Origin: Schizochytrium sp. TIO01
Taxonomy: Eukaryota > Protista > Bigyra: Labyrinthulomycetes
Length of the DNA stretch: 64,000 nucleotides
Direction: 5' to 3'
NCBI GenBank assembly: GCA_004764695.1
Contig: SMSO01000014.1
Span: forward strand, 57,648 to 121,647
Part shown: one piece after another, positions 61,643-64,000 of the stretch
How the letters are laid out: every line of letters begins with the position of its first letter
Numbering within the stretch: position 1 is the stretch's first letter
Translations under genes and position numbers: made by a program
The notes under the pieces: model-generated
What the model saw: the letters and a program-made list of their open reading frames with translations, nothing else
What the model was told of the DNA's origin: nothing
Database searches by the model: none

Positions 61643-64000
61643 GATTCGTAACTCTCGATGGAATGATCTCCTTTTCAGATTTGCTTGATGGATCGATCTC
61701 CTTTTCGGATTTGCTGGCACAATCTGGGCGCCGTATTTCAAGCACGTAAGGTGGAACTAATCTCAAAGATGAAATTAACTAATTTATGAAAGGCTTAGAA
61801 TGGGACACCAACACAAAATGTGAGAATCAACTTGTCCAGCTTCTTGATGAACCGCAGTGCAGGCTCCGCGCTCATGGATATTTCGGAATTTTTTTTTTTA
61901 AATCACTATTTTTAAAAAGTAGAAAGAGGTTTTTTAATTTAAAAGGGAAACATATGACTGGGTGATATTCGCTCTGATATTTCTGACTAAGGCGACGGAG
62001 CAACAATTAACAACGCAACTGAAAGAGGAGATGCGTGTCCATGAGCTTGTTTTGGAAGGACATTCCACGCAAGAAACAGAAAAGGCGGCGATTGATAGAC
62101 TCAGACTGTTTGTTAACAGTATAGACCAGATTTAATGACTTTTTTGAGGAGTTTTCAAAGTGTTGCATGACCCATCTAATCCTGTTACCTCTTCTCAAAT
62201 GGAGTAATTTTTATTTCAATAACGGATTTTTTACATTTAATTTAATTTTTTTAAAGGAAGATAATAAGAACAGTGATAGAAAAACATGTAGAAATCACCA
62301 TACAGCAGGAAAGTGGATCCTTGTGAGACAATTGTGAGAATAGGGCAAGCTGAGGTTTTTTGGCGCGAGGAAAAAAAGTGACTAACTTCACCCAAAATAT
62401 CTTCTTTGTGACATGTGACAAGTTCAAGTTGTATGAATCCTGAAGTTGAGGGTTCCTAGTCAAGGAATTAGGAACCTCCAAACAGGATACCATTGAACCA
62501 GCATGCACCCACGACTTGAGTGTATAATCACCACTCATTGAGTATACTATGAGAGGCGTTATTGAACATTTTTGCTTACTTTTGAAAACCTTCTAAAAGT
62601 ATACTATCGCTTTCATTGCCAGTCTACCCAAAATCCATTTTTCTGTACCTGCTATGCAGCAAGAAGGCTCACATACCTCACAAAACCATCTCGTTTTTTT
62701 AAGAATCTCTTGGGCAAATAACATCGCTTTTAACTATGTTTTTGATGCAACTATTCGCACACAAAGTCAAATCGTTTTAAAAGTCGCAAATCATTTCAAA
62801 AAATAAGCAATAACACTTTTGTTGCTTAAGAAACTATGAAATGTGCTTGGAGAATCTGTCCTAGTGGTTTTAGAATTGTGCAAAACACAGTATAATGATT
62901 TGTTCCAGCCGTAAGACACTGTCCAAGTCCTTTAATACGATTCCAACGTCTCTCTCTTGCAACCTATCAAAATTGAGTTTTTTGTTATGGATCTGCTCAA
63001 ATATCAACATGAAATGTCACACCTCTCCATTCTTTTAGATATACCGACTTGATGTAGCTTGCGCACATAGACCAAAGTAAAGGAAAGCTGAGCACTTTGC
63101 ACTTCACAGCGCTGGTTTATGCAACTTCGGTATTTAAATTGAACGCTTTCAGTTATACAAGGTTTGGTCAAGCGTTCAGTCTTTGGGGAGAAAGGGGAGA
63201 ACCCTCCTTTAAAAAGGGGCTCTCAGAAAATAGCGATGGTTGCTCTTGGCTATCATTTAGAGCCTACTACATAACATCAGGATAGGCACTTTGATTTGTT
63301 CACCAGCAATTAGTTCGAGGTTTTAGATTGCCGAAAGTTACTTTACTTTTCAATATGATCCAAACGATTCAATACCAGCAATATTCTTCTAACTTATGTT
63401 GGGAAAGGGCGACTTTGTTGCCAAAGAGGTATCGAGAGCTAAAATGGACTTGAATCGACCAAATCTAGATGGGTTCCATTCATCCAGCACTGCAACATGG
63501 ACTCTGAGCAGCTATCTTCGCTTATTCATGGGCATTCATGAGCAGGATTATTTTCATCCAAGTCCTAAAGGGAAGGTTCAGTAGATGATTCCCTCTAGCT
63601 CCAGGTTCAATAAAGCAGCCATTCCACTGGTTTCTGGAGAATGGATTCAATGCAGCGATTTGAGGTGCATCGTTACATCGGCTAGTGCATTGTCCACAAC
63701 ATTGATATGTGGATGTTAAACAGAAGTGATGTGCTCGTGAATTATCGAGCATTAGCATACCAGTGTTGCAGGTGGCAGGCGTCGTCAATAGGCCTGTCTT
63801 CCAATGATCACGAACTTCGGGAAAAAATAAAAACAATTAGGTAGAAGTGCCATAGGTAGTACTAATAGCACTGCTTTCTTTTAAGGCAAGTATGATACTG
63901 GATAACACAGTAAATTAAAAATTTCCTTTCTTCCTCCGCGCCTCCCGCAGTACCTGTAGTACAGCATCATCCACCAGGAGGGCCGAGGAAAGAAATTTGA

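Noticed and set aside
63400-63836. Possible pogo/DDE transposase remnant on minus (LMLDNSRAH ... FGRFKSIL)
   Set aside because: Only two short motif resemblances with atypical spacing and no TIRs seen; needs an HMM search.

Overview
Eukaryotic subtelomeric rDNA region. The 18S sequence and repeat layout match, from memory, a thraustochytrid (Aurantiochytrium-like, Labyrinthulomycetes). Left to right: a Ty1/copia LTR retrotransposon (1-5704, minus) inserted into an array of ~362, ~530 and ~413 bp repeats; a minus-strand 18S-5.8S-28S operon (10389-15901); a 15-exon LRR gene; 5S rRNA; an LRR-kinase-RING/Rcat gene; a repeat-rich spacer with solo LTRs, a second 5S and five tRNAs; a second, sequence-divergent rDNA operon (43261-48776); an 11-exon LRR gene; a third 5S; tRNA-Gly; and a secreted lectin-like/mucin/PAN/VWA protein gene. 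Main finding: the ~385 bp and ~402-420 bp tandem 'spacer repeats' beside the 5S genes are not non-coding. Each unit is one 84-nt phase-2 exon encoding one 28-aa RI-type leucine-rich repeat plus a near-identical intron. Variation is concentrated in the few codons forming the ligand-binding concave beta-strand. The ORF track misses these genes almost entirely. This looks like an rDNA-embedded, exon-modular variable LRR receptor system (immune-like function is inference). Exon structures were read by eye from GT..AG boundaries and need RNA evidence.
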